Shown in pieces: positions 47,701 to 62,020 of a stretch of DNA of 64,000 nt. The notes under the pieces were generated by a model, which saw only the letters and a list, made by a program, of their open reading frames with translations, did no database searches and was not told where the DNA came from. A program made the position numbers and the translations under genes. Origin of the DNA: Amphiscolops sp. MND2022 (Eukaryota). Location: positions 13,454,001-13,518,000 of the forward strand of contig OZ076412.1 of assembly GCA_964187785.1 (NCBI GenBank). Direction: 5' to 3'. Numbering within the stretch: the stretch's first letter is position 1; each line of letters opens with the position of its first letter.

Positions 47701-50700
47701 AGATCTCTAATTGAGGCTCAAATTTGAAAATAGTAGAGGGAATTTTCACCACAGGGAGTTATGAAGGAAAACAACTGTTGCTTAGGGGAAAGAGTGGTGG
47801 AAAAGAGTAATTGGTTTTACAATATATTTTAACAAGACTGTCACTTTCATCGTGATCAAGTGTAGAGTTTAAAGGGTAGTTGTCAGGGTTCAGATTGACA
47901 ATTAAATAATGAGGTAAGGACGCTTGTGGTTTAGGCGATGGTAATGTTTTATTGGTTTTATGAGAATAAGAATTTAATGGGAAAGAATTTGACGCATGAC
48001 ATTTTGGACAGTTTCCGTAAAAGTTGTTTGGTGTACAATGGTGTTGGAAGTGTAATCGCATTTGAATCGTGCGGGTTTGGTTGGTGATCATGGGAGCAAT
48101 TTAGATTATCTAATTGGTCAACAGAATTAAAAAGTGATCAATCTAATTTGTTATCAGAGTTGGTGGAATACTGATTTATTGGATTTTCTGTGATGATTGA
48201 CAAGGAAAGTTTGGAAAACGTTTTGTGAAAGGATAATGCTCGTTTCTGAGGATGTGGGTCTTCTAGGTCATTGACCATTCCAGCCTTAACAATGTTAAAA
48301 AGCCATGTGCGATAGAATGAAAGATTGTAATGTGTTGTTCGTTTTTATATTTTATACATGAACTGAATTTTTTATATGAATTATATTTATATATGAATGT
48401 TTTATATGTGAATCAAAAGAATCTGGGGTTTTAAATGAAATGAATAAATAACTAAGCGTTTTTCCGGGTATTGGATGTGTAGTATCGAACATTTTAAAGA
48501 AAGGTGCTATTGCAAAACTTGTCAAGTTCTGCACTCGGGTATATACGAGCATCTTGAGCTGTAAATGTGTTAGGTTGTATTGTAGTCTTTGTTCGAGAAG
48601 CAGTAATATAAAACGAGGTTCGTGCTTTATAGGTTCTGGGGAAAAACTTTGAATTGAAATCTATTGATCTTCCCTTTTCTTGAATATAAGGGAAGGTACT
48701 TCAATTTCGGTGAGAAAAATCCAGCAAGTCCCGGGATTTGGACAGATTTAGCAAGTATTGTAAGTAATTAGTTGCGTTCAACTCCGCATATGGTAGGAAG
48801 AGTATTAAGTTCTTGAACAGTCATGGAACATCAAATGTTTTAAACGTTTTTGTGTTTCTATGTGCATCATACTCAATGGTAGCAAAGTTGTTTGATAAGT
48901 TTAAAGCAGGAAAAGTTTAGTGTTGTTTTGAAATGTCCAATGCTGTTTCTCTTGAGATATATTCGTTGATTATGGACTGAGGATTTGGTTGTCATGTATT
49001 CATATTGACAACTTCTTGATATGTAAAAAAAGATCCGAATATTGTGTAGAGTTTAGAAGTTCAGGTTTGCCACAAATTATTTGAGCTCAAGAAACAAGTT
49101 CAAGAATTGAATGACTAGGCTCATTGGGGTTTTGTGTGTGTGGTGCCTGGATCAATGGGTATGAAGTACCTTTAATTCCTAATGTGGAATCCGATTTATT
49201 AAAAAGTGGAGAGTGTATAGCAGAACCAGTTTCTGTTCCATAGTCTTTTTCAACCTAATCATTCTACCGACGAAGTCTTGTAAGGTAACGATTATACAAA
49301 AATCATCACTGAAATATTATACGAGAGTGAAAAGGTTATGGTTGTGGGTTTGCAAAAACCATTTGCAGAAATAACATGGTAGAGTATGTCCATCTATTAT
49401 CATAAAGTTTTCTGTATCATCAGAATTCAATTCTATTTCAGAGACGGAAAGTCCTCAACTGAGTAGATATAGTTCACATTGGTGATGGGCTGGACAGTTA
49501 TGTTGAAGATTTTTTAAAGGATCACAAATCAATGCTTTAACTGCTGGCATATAGGTAAAAGTACCAGTAAACATTGTTTTAAGTTTTTAAACCGCAAAGA
49601 GGGTTTGAAGTTGTTCAGCGTTTTCTAAAATGTAATGATCTTCTGAAGGTGTTACTGTGCGGTTGTAATAATCTAGTGGGTCCAGAGTTACAGGATACAA
49701 GAGTGAATGTGCTATGATTCCAGTTTGTTTTGTCAACACGTCTATATTTGAAGGAGCTTTGAAAGCAAATTTTAATTCTTCGTTGCGTAAGCTTCACATT
49801 TCAAAACTTTGACGCGTTCGGCTTTAGCTCGAACATGGACTCAGGCTGTAACTTTGGTATGTTGTATGTTGTTTGTTTGAAGGAGCTTCAGTGCATTGTT
49901 TTACGTTTAGTAAATAGATTTGTCGTAACGTATGTTGTTTTTCATTATTGTAGTGGGAAACCATGAGGAGGAAGATTTTTGTCGGTATCTGTTGGTTAAG
50001 TAGGTATGGAGTGTGATGATAAGAAACTATGGGAAAAATTAGTTTAAAAAGTAATTTGTACATAAGATATTATTATATGTAGCGTATTAGATCGATGTAA
50101 AAAAAGAAGAATAATGATTGCAAAACATATTTTTGCCATATGTGGAGTCTAGACGGCAGGTTCTCTGTTAAAGTCTAAATATGTAACTATAAATTGAGAA
50201 GGTATAGTTTTATGTTTTTTTTTTGCAAATTGAAATGCTGGATGGGGGTTTAATACTTGAAATCTAACTTTAACTTCAAGTTTCATTTCAAAAATAGGGT
50301 TTGGAAGTCTTTCAAACTCCAGTTTTTCTCGTTTATTAGAGGGTGTATCGTTGTTATTTATAATTCGTTCTGTAAGAATAGGAAAACGTGGATTGTTTTG
50401 AGGTTCATCAATTGTAATTCCATCAAAACGTAATTTTGCCCTCGAAATTAGGAGTAGGTCTAGAGTTATCAGTAGTGAAAAATTTAGGAAGTCGTACTGT
50501 GGGTGCTTCTGGAGTAGGTGCTAGAACTTCTGAAAGATATTACCAAATAGGAAAGCAGTTTGTACGTCCGAGGATTTCGAGAAAGCTGTGTCTTTTTCAG
50601 ACGTAAAATAAGAGCGGGGAACTGTTTCATAGGAATGTGTATCAGAGGAAAAAGTTGACCGTATCGTCTTGAAAAGCGAGCAGCAGAGCTACTAGAGAGG

Positions 50701-51599
50701 GGAGAGAATATTAGAGTAGACGCGTCAGTACTTTGTCATCGATTAGGTAGCGGGCAAAGACTATAACAAATTCGGGGAATGAAAAGTGTACTTTGAAAGT
50801 TTTGTGATGGTTTGTATTCTTGATTGAATCGTCTAATATGTTTGATAGAAACGTAGATTTGTTTGTCGTGTTTAATGAAGGGTATAATTGAGATATCTTA
50901 GTTGATCCCAAATAAGATGTGAGTGGAGAGTATGTTGATCCAGGTATTGTTACGGTACTATATCTAGTTGAGGTTGTATTTTAGATCTTTTCATAACAGT
51001 ACCAAGTGACTTTGGTTTACAGTTAATGAATTTGGCAACTGAATCGGGTTATAGTATATGGACAAGAGGAGAATGGATGTGTGAAGGTTGTGATTGAATA
51101 GAAGGCGTGATTGGTATTTCACCTATGAGTGGTCGGTCGGCAGCGGAAAGTTTATGTAAAAACAAGGTAATAGAATTGTGTGAATTTTTGTAAAAAGAAT
51201 TATCAAATGTGAGAGAAGTTGTTCTCTTTGAGGATGGTGTAGTTACAGTGTGTGGTTGGTTTGTTATAACAGTTGGAAAAGTTGGAGTGGATAAACTTGG
51301 AGGAGATGGGAAGGTATCCGAAGAAAAGTCGACGTTTTCAAAGTTTTTTGTTCACTTTAGTTTGCCTATTAGTTTTTGTTCACTTTATCATGACTCTTTT
51401 TTTTGCAATTGAGGATCGAAATGAATGAATTTTGATCGAAATGTTTGGATGGTGAAAAGAAAAGTCGATAATCGTTTCGTTGCTGCCTCATTTTTTAATG
51501 CGTTTTGAGATGTCTATCGGGTGACGGATTGAGAAAAAGAAATTCAGAAGAGTTGTGAGTAAGGTGACGAGTACAATCTGAGGGAGGATTAGTGTCACG

Positions 51600-54500
51600 G
51601 ATCTTTATAACAGTTTTGTAGGTTGAATTGTCCTGAGAAACGTATTTGGATTAGTTGTTGTTGAAGGATTTGAGGTGGACATAAATGGGAAGATTCGTCA
51701 TCCTAAAGTACCAGGAATCAAAAGAAAGGAATCACTATTAGCTTGTTTATTAGATTTTGGAATGTCAGAAATAATTTAATCACAAAAACGGATAAAAATA
51801 CAGGATTAGGATACAGATGTGGTTCTTTTGGATGAAAATGTGTTTAATGATAATGTGAATCTGAAAGGTACTACCATCTTGTGATAAAAGTCCATACATT
51901 ACATCTGAAAGTCAATCGAGTTTTTTATAGCAACCAAATCGAAGAGGTTTAAGTTTCGCAGAAAAGAGTACATGAGTGAAGTTTCGTTTTAAACAATAGT
52001 ATCAACTGGAAGAGGACTACCTTCGTGATATGTTTTTGGAATGTACACTGGTAATATAATTTTTTTCCAAGTGCAATCATGTACTACAAAATACGTTTGT
52101 AACATTCAACGGCAAGAAACCATTGTGGAAGAGGTTTGGACAGTGTTAGGTAATGAATGGATTAAGGTTAGTTTTGTCACCATGGGAATGTTTAGGCAGT
52201 TGAGAACAATATTTTGAAATACAAATGTTATTTTTTACGACTAGAATTTAAATCGAATGTTAGAGGAATACGAGAACGTGTGTGGTCAACTATTTGATGA
52301 AGTAAAACATTCAGTGCTGCAAGGGGTTGTGAATTATATGCAATAGCATACATTTGAACTTGGTATGCCCAATCCTTGGGGATGTTTTGTCGAAACGTAC
52401 GAATATGTGTTCCAAGATTTTTATTTTGAACTTCAATCATTCCATTAGTCCAAGGGGAGTAATGTGTTTTATGGAGAATGTCCAATACCCATGAGAGTGC
52501 AAAGTTGTGCCATGTCAACATAACTGTATTCTGATCCAGGATCAGTGACAAGTTATATTGGAGGAACAAATTTGATAATCCGGTCGTGTATAAGAGTTGT
52601 GACAGCGGTTTTTCCATTATTAGATTTGATAACAACAAAATGGTTGAATGCACCTACAATAACATGAATGAAATTTGTTTTGAGCGGGTTGATGTATAGG
52701 GCTTTTAGTATCCACCGATATACGATAGTTAAAAGAGGGAGCATAGTCTGAGGAAGATTGAATATGAGCAGTTTTTACTTTCAAATTGAAGTGTTACTTC
52801 GTTGGCATTCAAGGCAATCATGTATGAAAAAAACAACCGTTTTCCGAAACAAGGGATTTAAAAAGTTTGCGAAAATTTCCTAAAAGTAGTTTTAGTAACA
52901 GTGTGACTGTGTGCATGAAGTTTGCTAAGAGCTCGTGTTGAAAAGGCGAAAAGGTGAACAAAATCTATTGATGCTTTGAATGAGTGTTGGATTGGTATTA
53001 GGGCACGTTTCAGAGGAGAATTTGTTTTTTTTTCGTGTATAAACTGTTAAGATTCATAGCGTCGTCTGAGAGAATGTGATAAAAAAATTTTTTGCACGCA
53101 AGTAAAAATGGAGAACTGTTTGTTAGACAGGTTCGGAAATCAGGTCTAGCATTATGGCGTAGACAGTGATAAACAGTTTTAAGATTGAGTTTATAGGAGT
53201 TGTAAGGCGTGTAAGTCTAAAGAGACTTAATCTACTAAGAGAAAATCTGGGAAATAATTTTTGGTATTTCAAGAAAGAGGAGTAATAAAAGGATGTGACT
53301 TGAGAGGTATGTGTGGATAGTTTATTAGGTTCTGTTATATCAACTACTGAAACAGATGAGTAGGGAGTTGTTTGTGAAATTGTATTGGTAGAAATGCTTT
53401 CTGAATTAGTTAGATTGGTTTCTTGGGGTGTGTCAATTTTGTGATTGTTATTTTGAAAAGTATTTGGTTTAAAAATTCGAATGAATTTTTGATCTTCGTC
53501 ATCACTTGTACCATCAGTGTCAATGCGGAGTAAAGGTTGTTGATGTAGAGACTTGTTGTGTTTTCTTATAGGTGGTTTGAATTTAGTTTGGAAGGTAGCA
53601 AGAAAAGGAGTTCAGAGGTTTCACAATTTTGTCGTAAGCTTTATCATTAATGCGAATGGAAAATTGATTTGTTGCATTTTCAGCATGGATAGGATGTGAA
53701 TCATGTTTTTGATGCAGTAATACTTCTTCGTGTTTATTTGGGATTTGGAAGGTTTTTAATTTATTATCTCGTAATATAGCTAGCAAAGTCTATTTGACAG
53801 GGGAGTTGTTTGAACTTGAGTTGATTAGGTTGGAGTTCTGTTTTTGCGAAAGAACGGCTAAGCATGTCAGTAACAGCCAAGATTTTTCCAGGGGCATGTA
53901 CGAACTTAAGGTCTGAGAATTTTGTAAGTTGCACTTAGGCTCGAAAGAAGCGTGACCTAAGTGAACTGAAGTTTTTTGTAAAGCAATATGAAAGAAGTTT
54001 ATGACCTGTAAATAAATGAAATGGATGTGGAGGTCATATAATGAGGAAGTCAAAAACTTGGAGAGCATGTACGAGACTGCGTATTTCTCGATCTAGTGTA
54101 GAATGTATCTGTTCTTGAAGATTGAATTTGCGCAAAGTGTACGAAATGTACTTTCCTTTTCTCTCTGCATTAAATTGAAAGAGGACAGCGCCTGATCCAA
54201 TTAAAGAAGCGTCAACTGTAATAAGGAAGAGATGTTTTGTTTTCGGTATTGTAAGATATGTGTCTGAAGTTAGTGCAATCTCTGGATTCTCTTTTCCAAA
54301 GTAACTCAAATTAACTTTGAGTAACTTAAAAATGAATTCACGGCAGCTAATTTGAGGGTATGTCGTGTACTTGGGTTGAAATATATGTTCTTGAGAGTTT
54401 GAAAGAAGTAGAGTATCATCAAAATAAACAAGAGCGAAACCTTGTTCTATCGGGAATTTGAAGAAAAAAGACATTTGTTTTTGTAGAAAAGTTTGGTAAG

Positions 54501-56100
54501 CATTTAAGTCCATAGAAGCCTTCAATGAAATCAAGTATTTATCACCTGAAGGGAAGCTTGCAAATTGGTTAGTTTTCTCATGAAGGGGGTATGAGCGTAA
54601 GCGTACATTAAATCTGAAGCACACTAGTATTTTTGTTTGCACGGGCTAGTTGAGGAGCAAGTGGTTCTAGAGGCCACGATTCGTCACAATGTTCTAAATT
54701 AGAGTTTAAATATCTTGCGTCTACGACACATCAAGTTGAATCGTTGAATCACCATTGGGTATGGTATTAAGTAGGTCTATGTAGGTAATGCCCTAATTAG
54801 GTTTGCCTTCTGGAGAAGAACCAACTTGTCTAAGAATATTATGTTTCTCTAGTTCTTTAAGTAAGTTGTTGAGTTTATCTTGTATTGGATAGGAACTTTA
54901 GAGGAACGTTGTAGTGAGCTGTGCATTTGGTTTTGAACGTATTCGGAACGAAGTACCACATTTCCAACATTGTTTTTGTGTGTAGCATAGGAATGTTTGA
55001 GTTTAATCAACAAATATCATAAAGTAACATATTCGGTATCTGTAGGGTCTGAATAATGAAAATTGAATTATTATTGAAGCGCAGATTGGCTTTTGAATAG
55101 GGAAGAGTAGTGAAAATAAGTGTTTTGGATGTATCAGAGGTAGGTTGATCGTTATAATTATTCGAAGAATGTATGTCAAGTTGGGTTGGAGTTGTCATAT
55201 AAATTAGATGTAAGGAGAAATGAGATGCAAGTTAGACTTTCGGGTTTTGTTTTATCATAGGTAGATGATAGAAATGGCTCAGTTAGATCAGGGTGGTGTG
55301 AGTGTGTGAGCTATACTATGATCTAAGTATTTACTTCGTTACCTTGATATTATTTGGGTTTTTTATTTGTAATTGACACTTCAATTTCACCAAAGTGTCT
55401 GTTTAGAAGTGATGCTACATGGTTTGTTGAATTTGATATTAATGTTGAAGAAAGGTAAAGACTGTTATCAATTGAAATTACAATAGGTTGTACAAAATTT
55501 AGTAGAGAAACAGGTCCTTGGTAGCGGAGGGAAAAATTGATTACGAATAGTGGTAGTAAAGTGAAGATTATATTAGATTTTCATTGGAGACAATTTAGGA
55601 ATTTTTGTTCTAGAATGCATTCTATAAATGTATGAGAACTAAGTGTAGTTTTTTGATAATAGAGAGGTATATCTTGTGACAATTGGTCGATCTTTTGATC
55701 GGTATTTGAACAAAAATGGAAAGTCTTGAATATTAATGTTTCGTATAAACTCCTCAAAGAAGGAGAATCAAATAATGTATCTTTAATGTGTGCAACAGCG
55801 AAGGGAATGATAAATTGTCAAGAGTTATAGTCTATGGAAGTGTTTAGGGTGACAGTCACTGGTGTAACATAAGAATTTCTGTTAGGTTAGCAACAGTCAG
55901 TTTCCTGGATATGTGGTTTGCTTTGTCACTACAGGTTATGTTAAGAAGTTTTGCAATTGTGAGATAGGTAGGTAGTTGAGTACCGAAATGGAAACAGCGC
56001 TATCTAATAAGAATGAGATCTCTAATCTTGGCGGTGATCAATGTTATCATTTTTCCAGGAGTTTGTAATTATGACAAAGAAAACCAACTTGTTGGTGTTT
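51600..56100 (-). pseudogene. pol: Degenerate pol (protease, RT, RNase H, integrase) in Gypsy order
   Basis: Protease ISFLLDSAVSISVLN (~56000). RT QGFALVYFDDTLLLS. RNase H ITVDASLIGSGAVLFQ..STLDRE. Integrase HYSPWTNGMIEVQNKNLGTHIR. Confidence 0.88.
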
Positions 56101-56399
56101 GCGCATTAGCCTTCTCAGTAGGATGATACGTATGAACTTCAAAATTGATATGTAAATTCGAAAGTTCTGCTAGAATGTTTTTCACTTAGTTTTTTGTTTC
56201 AGAACGTGATCGAAATCCTAATGGTCTAAAGTCTCTTGTCCTTGATGGAGGTTTGTATGAAGAAGGGTTTTGTTGGAAGGATTTGTCTCTTGAATATGAA
56301 CGTGATCTATGTGTAGGACGAGAATCGCGTCCGAGGTCGATATGAAGGAAAATTGGAAAAGTGAACGATTTGAGCGTGAATCTAGTAGATAATTGTCAC

Positions 56400-57300
56400 A
56401 AAAAGATATGTGATCGTCTGATGGAGTAGTGTTACTTTCAAATGTATATCTGACTCTGGAATGGGAGCGATATCTGTTTTGTGATGTAGAAATTCTATTG
56501 ATAATAATATGACGTGGTATACTTCTACTTTTTGGATCTTGTTTAGGCATCTCGTTTGTCTACATCATCTCTCAGTTTTTTGAAACATTCCGAAATGGAA
56601 TAGTTTGTTCTAAGACAGTGTGAGCAAGAATTTTTATTTGCAAGTTTCCGTTTATTTTTAGGATCTCGTGGTTGTGTAAACATAAGTTGTTGAGTATCTA
56701 GGTTCCAAAGAATGCAATTGATTTGGGAAGGAATTTACTTCGAGAGTAAGTTTGATTAGCGCAATTTATATCGATAGTTTTATCTTCAGCATCGACTAGT
56801 TTAACAAGAGTATGAAATAGTTATGAAGCTTTTTTTCGCAAACTGTTTACGGTTCTTGGGAAGACCTTCGGTGAAAATTTTGTAACACCTGATGTTTATA
56901 GTAGAAACATTATCACTGCAGCAGCCTTTTTTAACCAGTTGTTAAAGTTCGAGTGCAAAACGACGTACTGTTTCGTTATCTCATTCAACAAAGGTAAGAT
57001 CTTCGACTTGAGTTTAGTAGCGTTCTTTTGAGAAGAAAATTGTTTTTGAAAAATATGTACAGAAGCACACCAGTCTTGTTTATAGGTGCCATTTAGTCGA
57101 ATGTACCAATTACGAGCGGTTCCAATGAGTGAGCGTTGAGTAAAACCCATACCAAAAGTTTATATTCATGTAGAGTTGTAGATTGGAGTCTCAATAAATT
57201 GTAACACGGTCTTCAGTGTGTTGTATATATTTTCACGTGTGTATTTGTGATCAAAACGATCGAAAGGTTTAATAGGTTCTGAAACAGAAGCAGAAATTTT
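56400..57300 (-). pseudogene. gag: Degenerate gag core
   Basis: QRSLIGTARNWYIRLNGTYKQDW..FQKQFSSQKNA is homologous to the element D gag segment LTGTASNWYDRL. Confidence 0.75.
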
Positions 57301-60145
57301 ACTAAGATTCGAGACTGTTGTTATTGGTGATGAAGATGCGTTGTTTGGTATTTAGTATGAGAAGTGTTAGTTAGTAAATTATGTGTTTTCGACGGAATTG
57401 GTGATGTTAAAGTAGTAAGATAAGGTTTAGTGCTTGAAGGAACTCGTGACGAGTGAACGTTATTGTTGTTTGTAGAATTTTGGGAAGTAGTAAAGGTAAT
57501 TGGTGGGATTTGGTTTGGATTTGTTTTAGTGGTCGTTTGAGCGTTTCGAAGAGAAGGATACAGAGCCTGTTGTGTGTTTTCGAACATTTGTTCTCGTTAG
57601 GTCAATTTGAAAAGGGTTTCTAGGAATTGGGGGTATTGATTCTAGAGAGTGATTTCGAAATAATATTAATTGGAGAACATTTGTAAGTGTAGTAATAGTG
57701 GTAAATGTAGGTTGTACGATCCAATCTGTAGTAATGTGAGCGGAAGTATATGATTTTGTTGTAACATGTTGGTGTACTTGAAAAGCAAGTGATGGAAATG
57801 TAAATTATGGGCGTGTCTCAATTTCAGGATCAAATATTGTATGAGTAGAAGGATCTAGTTGTTGAGAAGTGAAAGAAGAAGTATACGTACTAGATTCAAA
57901 TGGTTGGGAAGGATCATGGTTTCGAGATGGTACTTGTGGAGTTGTAATGATAGTGCTGTTTTATTTGTAATTGTTGTGGATAAAAAAGAAGAGCCTTGAG
58001 TTGTGTAAGGACTTGCTTGATCTGTAACAAGTCTTATGGGAACTTATAAAAAACTCGACTGAACTATTTGAATGGTACTCCATTCGGTAGTTGGGATACT
58101 CTGAGGAGGGAACTTGCCTTGAGAGTGAGATTATCAGTAAGAGATTCATCTTGTTCCACTGATAAGTTCTCGAATTGTACATCATTTTGTTGTTGTATCA
58201 TGTGTAGTGTTATTTGTGGATCTTGGCATTGAGGTTGTTGTTGTAAAATTGATGGGGTATGAAGAAGGAAATCATTCCGACCATTTAGTTGAGTGTTATG
58301 GTCATCTAATGTTAGACGAGAATCAAGCGTAACATAAATACTTACGTATGGTCGGTTATCGGATGTTTCAAATTGTTCCAGATTAAAGTTATCATCAATG
58401 ATAATAGTATCGAAAGATTGGAACTTGTAGTTCTAAAGGGTTTGTATAGTGCGGTTGTTTAAACTTGTCATCTATAAAAAGAAGTAATAATATAGTTCAT
58501 CAAGAGTTCGAGGAGAATTAGTATCTGCTGATTGGTCTCGCTGTACGAGATTTGTTTGATAATTGAATCTGCAACATTTCGAAGAGAAAATAAAAAAATA
58601 CCTTGATTTGTCGTTTCGTGTCCGCATTAATTGTGAAAACTTTAGAATTGCGGTCAATGTAAAGTATCTTTCTTTTTTCCATATGAAAAATATTAATTTT
58701 TCTAGTGATCTTGGATTCTATGTTTTGAACTTCGAAGACATAATTCATTTGTTTTTTGAAAAAATTTGCTTTAAGTTTTTCTAAAAGGGAATGACATCTC
58801 TTATTTTCAATGTGTTCTACTATTTTTGTTCATATAATTAAGGAACTCATCTTGTTTTTATGCAATATTTTTTTGCGGATAGATTGTTCTTTAATAAATG
58901 TCTGTATTGATTCCAGGAACAAGGCTAAAAATCTTTTGGAAAAGTGTTTGAGAAAGAGTGGTTTCATATGTTTTGTATATAATGTAATAGAGGTAAAAGA
59001 GTCTAACTGATCTCTAAGAATAAGAATAGTATATATCAATGAGGTTAAGTTTGAAAAGGACGGTTTTTTGCGTATTGGAAAACAAGGTTATTCAAAAAAG
59101 GTTGGATATTTTGAGTAATGGAACGTATCTTACGAGGTTGTGAATTAGAGCATCGAAGAGTAGAAAACATATTCTCATACACAAAAGATTGTTTTACAAA
59201 GAACTGTACAATGAGATGACGAAATATTTACGATACAAATGTGTTGGAAAGCTGATGAAAAAAGAGAGACCAGTTAGTATTCAAAAATAAAGATGAAGTG
59301 GCAAAAATGTACGACATGGCAAAAACTGTTCAACAAAAAGGACTTGATAGGGAATAGTCAAGATTGTACTAAGAAAAAGTGAAGGTATTTTATTTGTATA
59401 TGCTACATAGAAACGGGTTGTATGGTGTATACGAAAAAGTCCGAGAAGTAGAGGTAAAGTACTTTTGATCATAAAAGATCCTAGGTTAAAAACTTCAAGA
59501 CGAAGGGGATAAGGAAGTGTTCAAGGACAAGAGCAACAATCGCTAGAACATCCAAATAAAACAAAGGAATAAAAAAAATGTACAAAATCATCGACAGAAG
59601 GAAACCGAAAAGTCTGTATTACATCGATATCATTTAAGGATTTCGGATTTTTTCTGTTGTTCGTTAAGTATATTTCGTTAAATACGTTGTAATGAGCAGT
59701 ACTTTATTTATAGTGGTATTGAAAAGTATGTTATGAATTCGCGCGACTTTTAGAAAAATGTTTTTGTTATGAAAGAAAGGAGTGATATAGTTTGTCAAAA
59801 AAGGTGATATTAAACAAAATCATAGTTATATGCGAGTAGTTCAAAGTATTGAAAATGAGCGGACTCAAAAGAGTTGATCCGAACTGCTAGAACTAAGTGT
59901 ACTATTGAGAATTGTTGTATAGGACCTGGAAAAAAAGCAGAAGGTATCGCACGTCTGCCGTCGGAAAGATTAAAGAGAAGACCAACACGTATCACTTTGG
60001 TAGTGATTCGAACGGAAAAGAACTTAAACTGACAGGAACTACGCTGGGTACGCAGTCAGAACCATACAAACACGAATCATTTTCCTGTGAAATATGGTTG
60101 AAACGGAAGGTGGAAACTGTAGATGATGCGAAAAGGAGGATAGAT

Positions 60146-60628
60146 TTATAAGGTTGAAGATGTAGTTAAGAAGTTATTCCGTTTAAGCAAGAACTCCGTT
60201 GTCTTAGAAGAGTTCGATCTCCTTTCAGGTACTTAGCTAAGATTTCTGATGTGGACTTAGTTGTTCTTTTTTTTCGTTTCATAGTGTGAGAAAACCAATC
60301 GCTTGAGAAGTAAGTTTTAGTTAACAGTGATTATGTAATTCCAAGAAAAGTGTGAATATATAACTGTCATTGTTCAGATTAGATAGTCATCAGGGTATAT
60401 ACTTTAGGTTATCTGGAGACTAGATTAGTTTAGACTACTTGGGCAAAAGAAGCATCACTAAATAGATTAGTAGATTACAAACTCATGTAATATCTGAAAA
60501 CTAGAAGCATCGCTGAATAGATTAGTAGATTACAAACTAATGAAACATCAACTTCTTGAATTGATCTTCGGTTGTCAAGATGTCAAGCCTTTAAGAACAT
60601 TCGACGTTGTATATATCATGGCATCACA
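60146..60628 (-). repeat. LTR-like repeat (putative 5' LTR portion of element E)
   Basis: Same terminus TCATGGCATCACA on +. An internal ~55-bp duplication (AGAAGCATC..AATAGATTAGTAGATTACAAACT) is present in both copies. Confidence 0.7.
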
Positions 60629-61900
60629 ATGCAAGAAGTTCCAGCAAATTGTTCTCGAAAATCAAAACGAGCAATCTGACATGCTTGACTGTTCCATCCA
60701 TCATTGAATTAGTAATATGACATCATTTTAAAGAGTACCACGCATTGGAGTTTATCGTTGAATTTGGTCGGCGAGTATTTTCAGCTAATAATTCGTTTAT
60801 TTTTCGTTTATATCAACGTTGCATGCACTTTCCGAAAAATAAGTTCCCTGGTGCTCTTGAATTAGAGTAATTAGAACTTGAACGCCTTCCATCCTTTCCG
60901 CCTCAGTCGAGATGAACCATACAAGAAGTGATCTCACCGAACGCCCGCTGAGCAGCCCTTTTTTTCTGGTCCAAAACGTTCTAGCAAAGATGTTTTCAAA
61001 GCTAAATAAATTACAAATAAAAAAAATTCGTAAAACTGTCTTTTCGTTCAATTTCTAGCATTTTCTAAAGATTGCCGGCCTCTTTGCGTCTGAATAAAAG
61101 TTTGCTAACCTGCTGAAAGGTTTATTGCTGAACGCTGTGGAATATCATACCCACGAAAACATTCAAGTATTGTACGCCAAAAGCATAAAATAGTTGAAAC
61201 TTGACAATAGAGAAAAAAGTTGAAATCACCCACATCCACTGGATAGACATCGAATTAGCACTTCCGCGTCCTTTCGGTCATTGCCCCATTGGGAAACTTC
61301 TTCCTCAATGCTAGCTACTGCACGATATTGGTCATTATACATTAGATATACGTCATTATAAATTCGTTGCACTTAGTGTACAAATTTGCTCATGAGCGGT
61401 CATCGGTGAGCTGCGAATTTTTAAACCTGATACCGCTGAAATGTAGGCCTAATGCTCTAACAACTGTACCGCAAGCCTCTGATCCGAATTTCACAGTTTT
61501 GACAACTTTTAGCTTCATTGTCACTAAATTTTCGACAAAACACTATGAACAAAAGTATGCTGACGAGCTGAGAGTGTTGTTTTTCAGCTCTCTGATTTTT
61601 CAATGTCTCTGAAAAATCTAAACTTTGGACAAAAAAAACGAATAAGAGTTCCGAATTTCAAAAGTTTTCCGGTTCTTTATATGCCGTTTTGCCGAAAATT
61701 TCTGAGCTTCTCTACATAAGGCACAATGCAAGAGTAGAAAATTTTGTTGTGGAGCTTTATCATGTCCTCATCCACGGTGTGAACTTTACATAAAAGTACA
61801 AAATTGTCATAAACTGAAACGTTTGACACTTTCAGTTCCATTTACGCATTTTTATCCTAATCAGATCCATCGTCTCATTATTAGGACTGTAGAAAACCGA

Positions 61901-62020
61901 TTCTGCTACGGTACTTTGATTTTATGAATGAGTGCCAGAAGTTCCTCCTCACCAATGTAAAATGATAACAGCAGAACCTCACTGGAGTGAACCTCGCCAA
62001 AATAACAAAACATGCACAAA
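61901..62020. repeat. Short dispersed repeat, copy 2
   Basis: Homologous to 43276-43400. Confidence 0.55.

Larger units (their letters stand above)
44283..60628 (-). mobile_element. Giant degenerate Ty3/Gypsy-type element (element E), ~16 kb, related to element D
   Basis: Minus-strand gag, then PR-RT-RH-IN, then env-like and extra ORF remnants. Bounded by homologous repeats 44283-44764 and 60146-60628. Confidence 0.8.

Noticed and set aside
24993-59472. Numerous 60-140 aa ORFs in the ORF track
   Set aside because: Frameshifted fragments or shadows of decayed retroelement genes, not independent genes.
60630-61860. Possible mariner/Tc1 transposase relic with TTAGGATAAAAATGCG end
   Set aside because: No WVPHEL, DEKW, HDNA or YSPDL motifs could be recovered, and no matching second TIR was found.
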